A stretch of DNA of 63,774 nt, the filler included, from Thraustochytrium aureum (taxonomy: Eukaryota): assembly GCA_012862495.1 (NCBI GenBank). It is 5 parts of 2 records of this genome, joined end to end, with 100 filler letters (N's around TTAATTAATTAA, not from the genome) between each part and the next. Parts side by side here need not be neighbours in the genome. Positions count along the whole stretch, not along the records: positions 23,928 to 43,666 come from BLSG01000216.1; positions 43,767 to 56,567 come from BLSG01000216.1; 3 more parts are not named here. The stretch is one strand, 5' to 3'. Below the pieces are notes generated by a model. That model saw only the letters and a list, made by a program, of their open reading frames with translations, did not search any database and was not told the origin of the DNA. The position numbers and the translations under genes were made by a program. Positions 33,092 through 46,137 of the stretch are shown piece after piece; positions within the stretch are counted from its first letter, which is position 1, and every line of letters starts with the position of its first letter.

Positions 33092-35614
33092 CTAGCCATC
33101 CGTTTTCAGCTCGGCTGCGCCCTTTGTCTGCTCGTACAAATGCCGAATCATTGTGTCCGCGGCAACGAGTCCCTCCCTACAGGCTTGCGAAAACGTCCGG
33201 GAAACGCCGCAGGCAATCTCGAGCGCTTGGACGGCGACGGTGGGCAAAATGTCGCCGCGCTGTGCGCCTGAGCCGCTAACTTTGAGGTCCGCAGACTCCG
33301 ACACGCGCGTCTCGCGAGCGCTGGCTTCCGAGTGGATCAAGTCTCGAACAGCCTGCGCCTGGCCCAGCCAAAGCTCCGCCTGCCCGACAGATTCGAGCGA
33401 AGCCACGCCCTCACAGAGCTCGACGTGCTGCGGCATTGAGGCTTGAATATCCGTCACGACCGTCTCCAAGAGCATCCCCATTGTATTCAGGCACTTTGCT
33501 TCCGCGGCTTGGCGCAGACGAGCCTCGTGCTGGTCTTCGCGGAGCTTGCCCCCCCCCCCATCAAGCGCCTCAAGAAGCGCGCTGACTTTGGCGAGCTTTT
33601 TCGACGCTCATCGGAATCGTCATCTCGTGCGGGATGCCATTGTTGTGCCCGTCTTGGAGGCGAGCTCGGCCAACCGCCGATTCAAGCATCGTCCTGTACG
33701 AGCGGCTCTCCTTCGCAAGGTCGCTGCACTTTGAGAATGGGTTGGTTGGAGTTCGCGCCGCAGTCGGGGTGCCCCCGGCACCAGGTCGTCTGACCTTTTT
33801 CGTCGCGCGGGAGCCAGCAGCGGCCGGGCGAATCCCATGCGTTGTGCCTACATGTGCAGGTCTTGCGGAAGACGGCCGTCCATACGGCGTCGTCGCCATG
33901 AGGCGGCCTACAGAAGAGTATGCAGCCACGACGCTCGCTTTGCTCGCTCGAGGACTCGGGCGCGCGATGGCGGTGCTGGGCCGTGCTGGCTTCGGCCTTG
34001 TGGGAGGGTTTATTAGAACTTCTGCATCGCGCGAGTCAGCGGGCACGCGGTCTCGCTTGACTGGGGACGTCTGGTGGATTTTGAGCCCGGCATTAGAGGC
34101 GTTGGAGCGAGCACCATGTTCCCGAGCGTCGCCAAAACTGGCGACTGGCCTTGGACGCGCAGACGTTGGTCTTCGCAACTTATCAGGAGACCCTGCCCCT
34201 GTTCTCCGACGACACTGGTCCTCAGAGTGGCGAACGGGCAGAATCGGCACGTCATGCGGCGGTGTCTCGCCATATATTGCGCAGGCCAAGTTCTGAGGTC
34301 GGTGTACAGATAGCTTGCTCTCGCCGATCTGCCTTCGGGCGGACTGCGCGACACTTTCGGTTGGGCATCGTGTTGCGAGCTTTGAGGCACTGCTCCCAGA
34401 GCAGGCAGCGTCAGACTTTGGTGCGCTGGCCTCGGTCAAGCTCAAGCTTGCAACCAGCTCCGGCGTGTCGCTGTCTGGGTTTGCGTGCTTTAGCTCCTCA
34501 ACGGCACCGCTCGACTGGGCTGGCTGCTCCTCTGCGGCAGGGCCAAGTGGTTTGTTCGGCTCACTTTGGCAGGAGACAAAGCTAGTGTCGACTGTGCTTG
34601 GGACGCACGGAGGGTGCGGTCTCTGAGTGGCGTCAAGAGCAGACCCGCTCACGGCGTTCACTTCTGCCTCGCCAAATGTGCGCCGGAGTGCCTCGTGGTC
34701 AGCGCTAGCCAAAGCCCGCTCGGGTGCGCTCTTCGGGCTTGTCGTGCTGCTTGCATGGCGAGGCGAGCGTGGCTTGCCCGCCGAAGCCGGGGAGCTCGGG
34801 GTGCCTGGGGACTCAAACTCGTCTGCCAGTGCGAGAGATGCCGGTTCTGCGAAGACCGCGTCCGAGACGACCGCTTCCGAGCGCAGGCCTTTGGGGAGGA
34901 CCACTTCCGTTGTGGCTGCTTCTGGGAGAGCTTCTACTGAGGGGACCACTTCTTGGCGGGCGAACCCGTGCGCAGGTCTCCGGGCAGGATCGCTTCCTTC
35001 GTAACGGCTTCTGGGAGGGCTGCTTCTGAGGGATCTGCTTCTAAAGGAGCCGCTTCTGGGAGGCCCGCTTCCGGAAGAGTCTCTGGTTCACCGTCAAGGA
35101 TGGCAGTCTCGCCCGTAATACGCCCTTGCGAGCTCGAAACGCCAGACACACGATCCAGCGCAGTTTGTTCTGCCATCTCGTCGGGATTCGGCACGTCCAA
35201 CCGCTCATCATCTTTCAAAGGCGGTACTCTTTCAGGCGTTTGGTCGATGACTGAGTCTGCGGCGCTGCCAATACGATCTGCGTTGGGCTCGTGCTGATCA
35301 ATTAAACCTGACGCCTCAGGTTCCAGAGCAGGTTCCACGCCAACTCTGTCCTGCTCCTTCTGCTCGATCATCTCGTGCTCAATTCGAGTGCTATCTGAAA
35401 GAGCTTGGTGAGGGATCTGCTGGTCTCCCGCTTTCCTGCCGCCACTGTCGCCAAACTCGTCCTCCACGACGCGTCGTTCGGCGCTCTTGTCCCTCTTTCG
35501 ATGCTTGTGCCGATGATTTCCGTGATGCCTCTTCCTCGGGCTGCCATCCTTCGAGGTTCCCTGGCCCCGTTCGACCCAGTTGCTGCCACCGTGCTGCGTG
35601 TACTGATCGCCCAT
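33092..35614 (-). CDS. Hypothetical low-complexity/disordered protein with EAxxP pentapeptide repeats and a helical C-terminus; indels near ~34945 and ~33570
   Basis: Consecutive minus-strand ORFs 34934-35839, 33570-34949 and 33092-33481 in shifting frames; PETLPEAGLPEAAPLEADPSEAALPEA; RPTSARP/RPSSARP motifs. Confidence 0.5.
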
Positions 35615-36590
35615 TGTGGCCTGGTTGCCTTGTACAGGAGCTGGCACACCGTTTGTTGACCGAGTGGCGCTCAGCAGAGCCGCCCGGCAGCGCGGATCTG
35701 AAGCGACGGTCCGAGACAGTAACGAAAACTCTTCGTTTCGCAATCGCGCTCGTCCGTCGGCCCGCCGCCGCCGACGCTGATGCGCTTTGGCAGGTGCTTC
35801 GACCCGCGCCGCACCTCGTCGCATCGACGCTTCGCCCAACGGGCAACAATCCCTCTATTATCTACNNNNNNNNNNNNNNNNNNNNNNNNNNNNNNNNNNN
35901 NNNNNNNNNNNNNNNNNNNNNNNNNNNNNNNNNNNNNNNNNNNNNNNNNNNNNNNNNNNNNNNNNNNNNNNNNNNNNNNNNNNNNNNNNNNNNNNNNNNN
36001 NNNNNNNNNNNNNNNNNNNNNNNNNNNNNNNNNNNNNNNNNNNNNNNNNNNNNNNNNNNNNNNNNNNNNNNNNNNNNNNNNNNNNNNNNNNNNNNNNNNN
36101 NNNNNNNNNNNNNNNNNNNNNNNNNNNNCGGTCATGCCTGCGTGCACCTTTCAAGCTATCACGAGCACGAGCTGGTTGCGGCGAGACAGCAACTGCAGCA
36201 CAAATGTGAAACCCACCACAAGTTGAGCTGCTTGTGGTACTCTACTCTACTCCCTATGTACTCTCCGACACGAGCATCCTGGGCGAAGTCGTGGCGGCAT
36301 GCGCCGCCAGTCTGTGGATGCATAATTCGAGGATTGCGCGCGCTGGCTGGGCCAGCTCCCGATCGATCTCGCTCTGAACTGTCAAACAATGCTGCTAGCT
36401 AGCTCGAGCTAGACGGCAGGTGGCGTGCGAGACTCGTCCGTCTTACCAAGCGAGTACCACGCAGGCAGACAGGCAAGCGCCCAGCAAGCTGCCTGGAGCG
36501 CGGCCCAACCACGTTCGTCGACGCAGAGGCCTCACTCGCTCAAGCTCGCAAAAGGGCCTGCTCCACTCCGGTTGCGCGCCTCCAGAAACG

Positions 36591-39158
36591 ATGCTCAAGC
36601 TACTCTTCCTGGTCGCGGTGGCCGGGCTCGCGGCGCCCGTTGGGACCGCGGCAAAGAGCGACGCAGCCTTTTACATTGACTGCTGGGACGAAGGGTCCGG
36701 AACGGCCGCGAGCGTTCTCATGGCAGTCCAGCGCTCTGGCTACCATGGCGACTCCAGCTCGCCACAAGCCGCATTCCGGCACGTCGCGGCAATCGACGAC
36801 GGCGAAGTGGACGGGGCCGCGGCTGTGGACTCACAAGGCAAGGCGTGGCCGTTCACAGTCGAGTCTGCAGCAGCGAGCGAATATCCCTCAACGAACTCGC
36901 TCCGCGGGCAGTACTCCAAATTCGACATGGGACGGCGCGGCTTCTGCGCCCTCCGGACAACTGGAGAGCTAGAGTGCTTGGCGCTCCGGGGCAGGCCGAT
37001 GGACCCGCCTCTGGACAGCGGGCCCTACCGAGACGTCTGCGTTGGCGGGACGTTTTCGTGCTCTGTCGGCGTAGACGAGGTTGTCAGATGCTGGGCCGGA
37101 CTCGAATACCTTTGGACCTCGCCGACGTCGAGCATGTTCGACCAAGTTGTGTGCGGCAGCTCGTGGGCTTGCGCACGGCGCGTTGACGGCGAGGTCTTTT
37201 GCGCAGATCCGCGAAACGCGACAACGCATTCTGCGCTAGAGGCGGGCCAGTTCCAGCCGCCGCCGCTCAGCCGTTTCGCGAGCATTGCAATGCGCGGGCA
37301 AGCTGTATGCGGTATTCGTAGCGACTCCGGGCGAGTAGAGTGTTGGGGCGGCGACTCAGGGTCGCCGCCAAAAGCGCCATCCGAGCCAATGCTCTCTGTT
37401 AGCGTTGGCGGGTCTGACGGGTCGGAGTACGCCTGCGGCGTCCTTCGCGACGGCGGCGGGAAGGTTGCATGCTTTGATAGCAAGGGCCGGCGAGCTGGGC
37501 CTGCCGGAGCCGCCTTTGTAGGGACGCTTGCTCTGGCGCACGACTTTGGGTGCGGGCTGAGCCGCGAAGTGCCCGCGCTGTCTNNNNNNNNNNNNNNNNN
37601 NNNNNNNNNNNNNNNNNNNNNNNNNNNNNNNNNNNNNNNNNNNNNNNNNNNNNNNNNNNNNNNNNNNNNNNNNNNNNNNNNNNNNNNNNNNNNNNNNNNN
37701 NTCAGTCAGCAGACAGACTCGCGGACTACACGAGCTTGTGGATTTCTAGCGTCGTCTTGGCCTGCTTGAACTGCGCTCTTATGCTGGGCTGGCTTGCTCG
37801 AGAGCGCTCTGCGGCGTCCACAGTCAGCCAGGATCCGGAGCTACAGAGCTCGTCGCGGCTGGGCCGGGCGCGACTCTGGCCAAGGGGCAAGATCAGCAGG
37901 TGGCGGACGTCGAACGCGATGCTGAGGACGGCGCTAGCGCTCAGTCCAGCGCTCGGTGGCGCGACGCCCCATTTCGTCTCAGCGCGGCGGCCTACTCGAC
38001 TGTCCCGCTTGCTGCTGTCTCGCTTGGGTACCATGTCTGGGGAACTACGCAGAGCTGGGTCAACTTTATCAGCGTCGTGGCATACGGAGCCTTTGAGACG
38101 AACGATTTCCAGCTCGTTGACCTACGTCGCTGGTATACGCACCCGTACATGGCGTATGCTGGCTTTGCGGTGGGGTATGGCAGCCTCGTGATAGTGGCCA
38201 TACCGTTTTGGCTTTTTGCGTACGGAGGCCACCCTGCGATCCCCAAAGCCCAGACCCTTGCGCAGCGTGTATGGCAGGTTCTCGGCGCAGCGATTCACGC
38301 TCCTGAGCTTTTGTTTGGGCCCCAGCACAGGCGCATGCGCGAGTCTGAAGTGCTCCTGTTGCTTGGCGTTGCGATGCACTTGTTCATCGCGATGGACGCC
38401 GTGCACCGCTCCGGCGACTGCGAGCAAAGCTTTTTCGCGCGCGCTGCGATAATTAGCGCGCCGCTGGCAGGGCTCGCCTATCTCGGCCGCGCCGAAGCGC
38501 TAGTGCGCAAGCTGCACTTTGACTTTCGGCATGGTCGGCTTGAGGCGGACTACACGCGGGACGGGATGGCTGTCGGGTTCGCCTACATGCGGGAGCTGCG
38601 CGGTATCAACCTCGCGGCTTTTGGCGCAACCGCCTGCGTGCTTGCCGTGTACGCGTGGCTCGACTCGGTGGGCCTGCAGTTCGTGCTGGTTCCCGTTGGG
38701 ATCGTTGCCGTTACCCTCCTCATCGAAGGAGCGTGGTACTGGATGGGAATAGGCAGGCGCACTCGAGAGAACGGGGAGGTTGCAGTAGCTGTCATCGAGG
38801 ATGACGACCCAACCAGGTCGACGAGGGATTCGTTCGTTGGGACTGGCTTGTTGCTGGAGGCCTGTTCAGCGTCCTGTTTTGCGTGAGCATGCACGTCGTC
38901 TTTGCAGTGCATGTCTGGGCCAGCGTCAAGCCCTTTAGTCTTGAGGCCGACGCCGCTACGCGGCATGCGCAGCAGCGATGCCCAGAGACCTTGCGTCGCA
39001 ACATACTTGCCCTGCTCGGAACGGCGGTCGGCGTCACCACCTTCGGGGCTCTCGTTGCAGCCGAGCGATTTGCTCGGCTTCGACCGGAGCTCACCAGCGA
39101 CGGCGCCGCCTTCGAGGACGATGTGGTCACGGAGGGAACCACTGAGGATGACTTGTGA
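36591..39158 (+). CDS. Receptor-like orphan: signal peptide, Cys-rich RCC1/CRINKLY4-like propeller repeats, multi-pass membrane region; gap 37584-37701, indels ~37895 and ~38878
   Basis: MLKLLFLVAVAGLA; repeats GFCALRTTGELEC, GGTFSCSV..VRCW, GSSWACAR..GEVFC, AVCGIR..GRVECWG, YACGVL..GKVACF, DFGCGL; about 9-10 hydrophobic segments from 37735 to 39060. Confidence 0.68.
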
Positions 39159-39547
39159 CGCTCGCGGGCCGGAGCCGGCGACATAGGCGAGCGAGGATAC
39201 ACAGATAACTTTGCCCCAACGCATTCGTTCGTACTTGCTGCTGCATGCCGAAATAAGGCCTCCGCGGGTCCGGCGAGGAGCTCGCCACTAAGGCGTTAGG
39301 AGCGCAGCCGTCGCGGCTCGCCGGCTTGCTCACGCTGGATGCCAGCCGGATCATCGTCCACGCCAAGCAAACCAACGAAACGAACATGGTGCGCTACTGA
39401 ACCAACGTCTGCAGCCTTCAGGGCTTCTGTTGAGCAGAGTCCGAGCGCCGCTGCGCGCGTCTCGCAAGGCGCGGGCTTCGCTGCGGGGCTCTCTCAGGCG
39501 CTGAGACGGGCCCGACTGGCTCGCGGTCGGCAGGCCGTCTCCCAGGG

Positions 39548-40220
39548 ATGTCGCACGGCGGAACGCAGGATGAGTTCGTGGACCATTACGAGGCCCTTGG
39601 GCTGGGCGGCGCCGCTGCGGCTGGCCCGGTGCCGCGCGAGGCCGTGAGTCGAGCGTTCCGCAAGCTCGCTCTGCGGTTCCACCCAGATAAACTGGCCCGC
39701 CGCGGACTTGGCCCGGCCGCGCTCGCGCAAGCCAAGGAGCGTTTTGCGGCCATTTCCCTCGCGAACGAAGTCCTGCAGGACGACACGCGCCGTGCCGCGT
39801 TCGAGCTGGAATACCAAAAACGCCGCGAGCAGGTGCGGCGAGAGCACGAGATGGACGCCAAGTCCCGCCGCATGCAGGCCGAGCTCGTCGAGCGCGAACG
39901 AGCTGCTGACCAACTCGCTGCAAGCAAGGCCGAACGCGACCGCCGCTGCNNNNNNNNNNNNNNNNNNNNNNNNNNNNNNNNNNNNNNNNNNNNNNNNNNN
40001 NNNNNNNNNNNNNNNNNNNNNNNNNNNNNNNNNNNNNNNNNNNNNNNNNNNNNNNNNNNNNNNNNNNNNNNNNNNNNCGAGCGAGTCCGATCCTCTAGCC
40101 GCTCCGGCGCACGGACCTGCTGCGCCGCGTGAGACGCGCGAATTTGCGACAGTCTTTCGGCAGCACGAAGGTGCGATTCTGGCTGCCGCCGCCGCTGCAG
40201 CGGCTCAGGGAAAGGCCTAA
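39548..40220 (+). CDS. DNAJC17: J-domain protein, DNAJC17/Cwc23-like; gap 39950-40077
   Basis: DHYEALGL..AFRKLALRFHPDK..ANEVLQD..RAAF followed by MDAKSRRMQAELVERER, typical of DNAJC17. Confidence 0.75.
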
Positions 40221-40529
40221 CAAGCAAGCTGAGGCCAGCGCCGCAGCATGGGGCCCGCTGATGGTCGTCCCGAGGTGACTCTACTAGAGAGCTGGGTACA
40301 TGACCGCTGTGTACATCAACAATCTTCTTTCTTTTAAAATGAATCAACCCCCCCGCTACGGCGCACGTTGCAATCCCTCGTTTGGCCAGAACTTTTGAGG
40401 CGGTGGCGCCAACTATGTGAGTGCAAGACGCCAAGGACGGCGGCATCTCGAAGGCTCAATCCGGCTTGCTTGAAAAGACGGCTTTGCCGACCTTGCGTCC
40501 CCTCCTGCAACCCCGCACGACCAGTTGCG

Positions 40530-40953
40530 CTACGGGGATTCTTGAAGCTGATCCAAACCCGTCACATTGCTCGCGATGCGCTCGCTGGCAAGGCATTCAT
40601 TCCCAACCAAGCAATACATCTCGATTGGGCTGGCGGGCGCGAGATCGCCGTTTGAGGGCTGCGAGTCAGCAGCGACCAGAAGCGCAAGCCGCGCGAGGTC
40701 TTGCTCGGCAGAAACCCGGTCGTCCTCGTCGAGCAGGTGGGCCTGTGCTCGCGTCAAAGACTCTTGTGCCATTGCAAACTCGCCCAAGTTGAACTGCGCG
40801 CGTCCCAAGGACAACCAGGCCGGCCCGTACGATTCGCACGCCGCAGTCGCGCGCTCGGCAGCCTGCACCGCGGCAAACGTTTCGCCCGACTCTAACAAGG
40901 CTTGCGCCAGCATTTCCGTAACGCGTGCCACGTCCAGTCCATGCTGGTCCGTT
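40530..40953 (-). CDS. TTC33: TPR protein, TTC33-like; 5'-partial
   Basis: EMLAQALLESGETFAAVQAAERA...AWLSLGRAQFNLGEF. Confidence 0.72.
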
Positions 40954-41614
40954 NNNNNNNNNNNNNNNNNNNNNNNNNNNNNNNNNNNNNNNNNNNNNNN
41001 NNNNNNNNNNNNNNNNNNNNNNNNNNNNNNNNNNNNNNNNNNNNNNNNNNNNNNNNNNNNNNNNNNNNNNNNNNNNNNNNNNNNNNNNNNNNNNNNNNNN
41101 NNNNNNNNNNNNNNNNNNNNNNNNNNNNNNNNNNNNNNNNNNNNNNNNNNNNNNNNNNNNNNNNNNNNNNNNNNNNNNNNNNNNNNNNNNNNNNNNNNNN
41201 NNNNNNNNNNNNNNNNNNNNNNNNNNNNNNNNNNNNNNNNNNNNNNNNNNNNNNNNNNNNNNNNNNNNNNNNNNNNNNNNNNNNNNNNNNNNNNNNNNNN
41301 NNNNNNNNNNNNNNNNNNNNNNNNNNNNNNNNNNNNNNNNNNNNNNNNNNNNNNNNNNNNNNNNNNNNNNNNNNNNNNNNNNNNNNNNNNNNNNNNNNNN
41401 NNNNNNNNNNNNNNNNNNNNNNNNNNNNNNNNNNNNNNNNNNNNNNNNNNNNNNNNNNNNNNNNNNNNNNNNNNNNNNNNNNNNNNNNNNNNNNNNNNNN
41501 NNNNNNNNNNNNNNNNNNNNNNNNNNNNNNNNNNNNNNNNNNNNNNNNNNNNNNNNNNNNNNNNNNNNNNNNNNNNNNNNNNNNNNNNNNNNNNNNNNNN
41601 NNNNNNNNNNNNNN

Positions 41615-43276
41615 GGCAAGCACCCCGACAAGATGACGATCAACCAGCTGACGATGCTGGCCGGGGACGTGCAGAAAGGGACAGTCGCGGGCGTGAAGCC
41701 GGCCGAGCTGGCCGGCGCCATTGAGTCGCGGCTACTGCGAGCGAATGCGGAGGAGAAACTGCCGATCGTGTACTTGATGGACTCGATCATGTTTAATGTG
41801 CGCGGCGATTACCCCTTCCTCTTTGCAGTGCAGCTGCCGTCGCTGTTCATGGACGCGTACAGGACCGGGGACGCCCCCACGCGAGAACGCCTCACAAAGT
41901 TGCTCAAGAACGCCTGGGTGCGACGTGCTCCCCAGCACGGTGCTCTGCCAGCGCGGGTGTTGGGGGAGATCCACCAGCGTCTTGACCCATCGTTCAAGCT
42001 GGAGGAGTTTGTGCGGGAACACGAGAAGCGGTTTCCGCCGCTCCCTCCTCCGGTGCACCTTGCACCAAGCGCTGGGGTGGCGCCGGCGCCGCCCGTGCAG
42101 CGCTTCGTGGCGCCCGGCCGCTACGATGAGTTGCTCAACGAGAAGGCGACGGTTATCTTAAACGAACTTCAGCGCAGATGAATGTGCCGCCGCACGAGCG
42201 GATTAGTATGAGCGAGCTGTACCAGCAGCCACAACTGTTGCAGCAGGTATTCGAGGCTGCGAGGAGCGAGCTGTTCAATGAGGGCGTGGTAGCGAGCGCT
42301 GCTCCGCCGCATGGTTCGCTTTTCTCCGACAGTTGGCCGAGGAGCAGCCCTCGTGCAGCCTGCGCCGCATGGTCCTCCGCAACCAGCTTCCGCTGGTGCG
42401 CCGCCGCCCCTTCCTTTTGCGCCGCCTGCGTTGCAGCTGCCGCCGCCCATGCAGCAGCTGCAGCAGCCGGGCAGGCAGCCAACACCAACACACCAAGCCC
42501 CAGCCGTGCTCGTTCCGCACGGGCCGCCCGCCGGCGTGTCGAACCCCGGTCAGTATGGCATTCCGTCTCCACACATGGGTCCAATGCGGGGTTCTGGGAT
42601 TGCACCTGCCATGTCACCGGTGCTCGGTCCGGGCATGCAAAACTGGACAAGCGACTACCTGAAGGACCCGAGTGGGGTGGAACATATCGTGAACCGGCTG
42701 CACTTCGGGTGCGACCCGCATGCCCCGTTCCTGGACCAAGCGACCGGAATGCGGTTTCCTGCGCAGGGCCACTTGGACTCGTACATGCGCCTTCGCTCCG
42801 AGGTCCATAGCGCTCTGCAGAGCATGGTGCCGAAGGACACGATCGAGCTTTTCAGCCGCGCATGGTTCAACAAGGCGAGCGACTGGCGCCAGGGCACACC
42901 ACAGGTAATGACAGTGCAAGGCGCCGGCTTTGACGATGCAGAGGACATCGCCGCCGGGGGCGACGCAGGGATGGCTGGGGACGACGAGAACGGGGGGTCG
43001 CTCGCGCGCCAAGCCAGCTTCGATTCAACCTCCTCGCAGGACGCGCGAAATGCGGTGCTTGTTGACGAGGAATTCGCGACCTGCCCTATCACGGGCGAGG
43101 ACTTTGAGCGCTTCTTTGACGACGACTCTGGACAGTGGATGTTTAAGAACGCTGTGCGCCCTGACCCAACTGGGCCCATTTACACAGCGACTGCGTACAA
43201 CGACTATGTTGCCAAGCGCAAGCGCGACGCCGAGGCAGCTGCGGCGCCTGCCGCCAAGCAACCACGGACAGCCTGA
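41615..43276 (+). CDS. PCF11: Pre-mRNA cleavage/termination factor PCF11; 5'-partial, indels ~42176 and ~42320
   Basis: CID domain K..INQLTMLA..KLPIVYLMDSIMFNV; GMRF..HLD..SRAWF..DW; CPITGEDFERFFDDDSGQWMFKNAV. Confidence 0.88.
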
Positions 43277-43666
43277 ATCGGACCTCGAGGAGAAAGGAGC
43301 GGCCTTTCCCTGGTGGCGTGGGCGCGCGACCGTGCGGCGCCGTGGCCCTTGCCCGCGTCGAATGAGGTATTCTCAACAACAACAGCGAATTGCCGGTCTT
43401 CTTGCCGGTGCTCTAGCTAGCTAGGATCACTGCCCTTGCCGCATCCATGGCCAGGCAAAGCACGCCCACTTTCGCCCTTGCCAATGCCAATCCATCCTAC
43501 CTCCACGCCCATCCATCAGCAGAGACGCAGCATGTAGGCAGCGATGCCATCCATCGTCAGATCACGGCAGCTGGCTGGCAGTAATCGCGAGCACCTGCTT
43601 CGGTTAGCGCTCGCGATAACCTGACTCGGCCCGCTCTTTCGACCGCCAAGCGCAGCAGAGCCCTGT

Positions 43667-43766
43667 NNNNNNNNNNNNNNNNNNNNNNNNNNNNNNNNNN
43701 NNNNNNNNNNTTAATTAATTAANNNNNNNNNNNNNNNNNNNNNNNNNNNNNNNNNNNNNNNNNNNN
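43667..43766. other. Artificial scaffold-joining spacer
   Basis: N44-TTAATTAATTAA-N44. Confidence 0.97.
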
Positions 43767-44512
43767 GCTGCCGTGCGCGGGCTCTGGGTGTTCTGGCTGG
43801 TGGCCAGGCTCGCTACCGGGGGTCAAGGATGCAAGGCGCTCGCTGGCTGCGTTGTTGGTGGGGTTTTTGGACCTCTTGAGGACTCGGAGTCAACGCGACG
43901 GTCGTGTCGACGGCGGTGGGGGGGGTGGAGGGTGAAGCCTGTCCCTCGTCCGTTGTCCAGAAAGCTCAGCCCCAGCCACTCCGAGTCGGATTGTTTTGGA
44001 GCGTGTCCGTTCGCGTTGAGTGCCGTCCAGCGGGCGCCGTCTGTTGGGTTTGCTTGCACCCGCCGAGGCCTTCCTCGTCGTCGACGGAATCCAGCAACAC
44101 GTGCACCCGCCCACCCTCGTCAGTGCAAGGCAAACAGATCCTAGGCCTACCCAAGCCTACCACTTCCTCGCCCGCGCGCGTACCGGTGCCCTCTGTGGCC
44201 GAGTGCGATGAGCCGTGGTGTCCCCCCTCCGGGCGGTGACGAGTCAACGCCCTCCGTCGCGGCCTGTTGCCTTGGCCAGCTCGATGGTGGAGCCGCGAGC
44301 GCGTGGGCCGCGCTGTGCACGAGGCACTGGCTGGCTGGCGGCTGGCCGGCTGGCTGGCTGGCTGGCCGGCCGGCTGACCTGCTCGCCGGCGGACAACGCG
44401 ACAAGGCTCACGTCGAGGTCCTGCTTGGAGTGCAAGTGAGGACCGAGCGGACACGAAGTGGCTGGCTGCCGGCACAGACCTGCTGCCTGCGAGCGCGAGC
44501 GTCCAGTGCGAG

Positions 44513-46137
44513 ATGCTGGGCAGCGCTGTCGGCCCGGCCGAGGCTGCGAGCGAGGCGGCCACGCCTGCTGGCTGTGTTCAAGGCTCGGCAGCGGCCGGGG
44601 GCGAGGGCGAAGGAAGGCCCTCGCCTGGCGGGACTCCCAACACGACGCAGGCTGACGCGAGCGCGACAGAGGACGAGCGCGAAAGGGAGCGCCGGCGGCA
44701 GGGGCTAGAGGAGCGGTACTGGGAAGGGGCGAGGAATAGAGGCGAGTTCGTGCGGCAGGCGCTCGCCGAGGAGAAAGACGCTCACTATGCGTTCCAGAGG
44801 TGCAGGCGAGAGCCTGCCGATGTTATCCAGTGCGACATGGTACAGCTTGCCAGGGAGGCAGCAGAGGGGAGGGTCGAGTGCGCGCTCACGATGGTCGTCA
44901 CGACCAGCGCCGTGCCAACAAACCCGGAAACTGCCTTTGTGGAGGAGGTGATCCGGTCGTACGCTCTGCACGAGCCGGCGATGCAAGCCTGCCGCAAAAT
45001 CATCGTGTGCGACTGCCCGTCCAGCAACCCAACCGACAGCAACGACTTTCGCACGGGCCGCGTCAAAGAGCAAGCTGTGGAGCGCTACTCGGAATACAAG
45101 CAGCGCCTTGAGGCCCTCTGCGAGGAGGGTCGCGAAGACCCTGCGCACACGTTTTACCGGTGCGAATGCCTCATCCTCCCTTCCCGTCACGGGTTTGGGC
45201 TCGCAGTACGTATCGCTCTGCAGATGGTGACCTCGCCCTTTGTCATGGTCGTTCAGCACGACAGGATTGCTAGCCGGCCGTTCTCCTTTGTGCCTCTGAT
45301 GAGCGCGCTGCAATCGCGAGCAATGCAGCACGTAAACTACGTGTGCCTCGGCACGAAGGCGACCTGGAACGCCGGCCACCGCGCCATCTCTGACTTTGGT
45401 ATTGATGTGCGCGACTACACGATCCCGCTGCCAGGCACGCAGTGCACGCTGGTGCCGCTCCCGTTTTGGTACGACACGACGCACATCGTGCGCACGCGTT
45501 CTACCGCGACTTTGCGATGGACCGCCATTTGCTGGGGGCGCGCAGCTCGGCGCGGTGGAGCTGGAAGACGGGCGAGTTTATCGAGGACAAGCTCGGCCAG
45601 CTCTTGCGGCTCCAGATGAAAGAGTTTGGCCCCGCAGCCATGCTCCGGTTTGGCACCTACTTGCTCACGCACGAGGGCGACGGATGCCTGGCGTACCCGT
45701 GGAGCAGGTCAAGCAGGCACAGCGCCGAGTGGTACGCAGAGCGATACCCGATCCCGCCACCGCCGCAAGTTTCTGGATGCGCCGGCCCCGCGCCGGTCAA
45801 CGGCAGCGCAGTGCTCTTCGAGGTCAACGACTCTGACTCGGATGACAGCGAGGACGAGTCAAGCTCCGCAGGGCCGCGGAAGGGCACGGGCGCAGCGTCG
45901 CCGCCGCCTCCTGGAAGATCACTCCACGTCATCATTCGCCATAGCAACCAGCGCAAGGCGCGCACTCTGCTGAACCGCATCTTGAACGAGCATGGCTCCG
46001 AGCACACGTCGCTTGCGCTGCTTCGCGAGCAGGCTGAGGAGATGGACAAGTACGGTAAGGAGGCGGCCTCCGCCAGAGCACAGCGCAAGGACGAGAGGCG
46101 CACAGCCTCGCTCGCCCACACGCCCAGCGGGGCTTGA
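44513..46137 (+). CDS. Putative GT-A-fold glycosyltransferase-like protein; indel ~45495
   Basis: TMVVTTSAVPTNPET, KIIVCD, HGFGLAVRIAL..VTSPFVMVVQHDR, LVPLPFWYDTTHI, GEFIED. Confidence 0.6.

Noticed and set aside
13296..43276. Frameshifted genes as pseudogenes or programmed ribosomal frameshifting
   Set aside because: Catalytic and family motifs are intact, essential genes are affected, shifts go in both directions and mostly fall on homopolymers
43767..44512. ORFs at the start of scaffold 3
   Set aside because: Overlapping low-complexity frames with no motif support; no gene could be called
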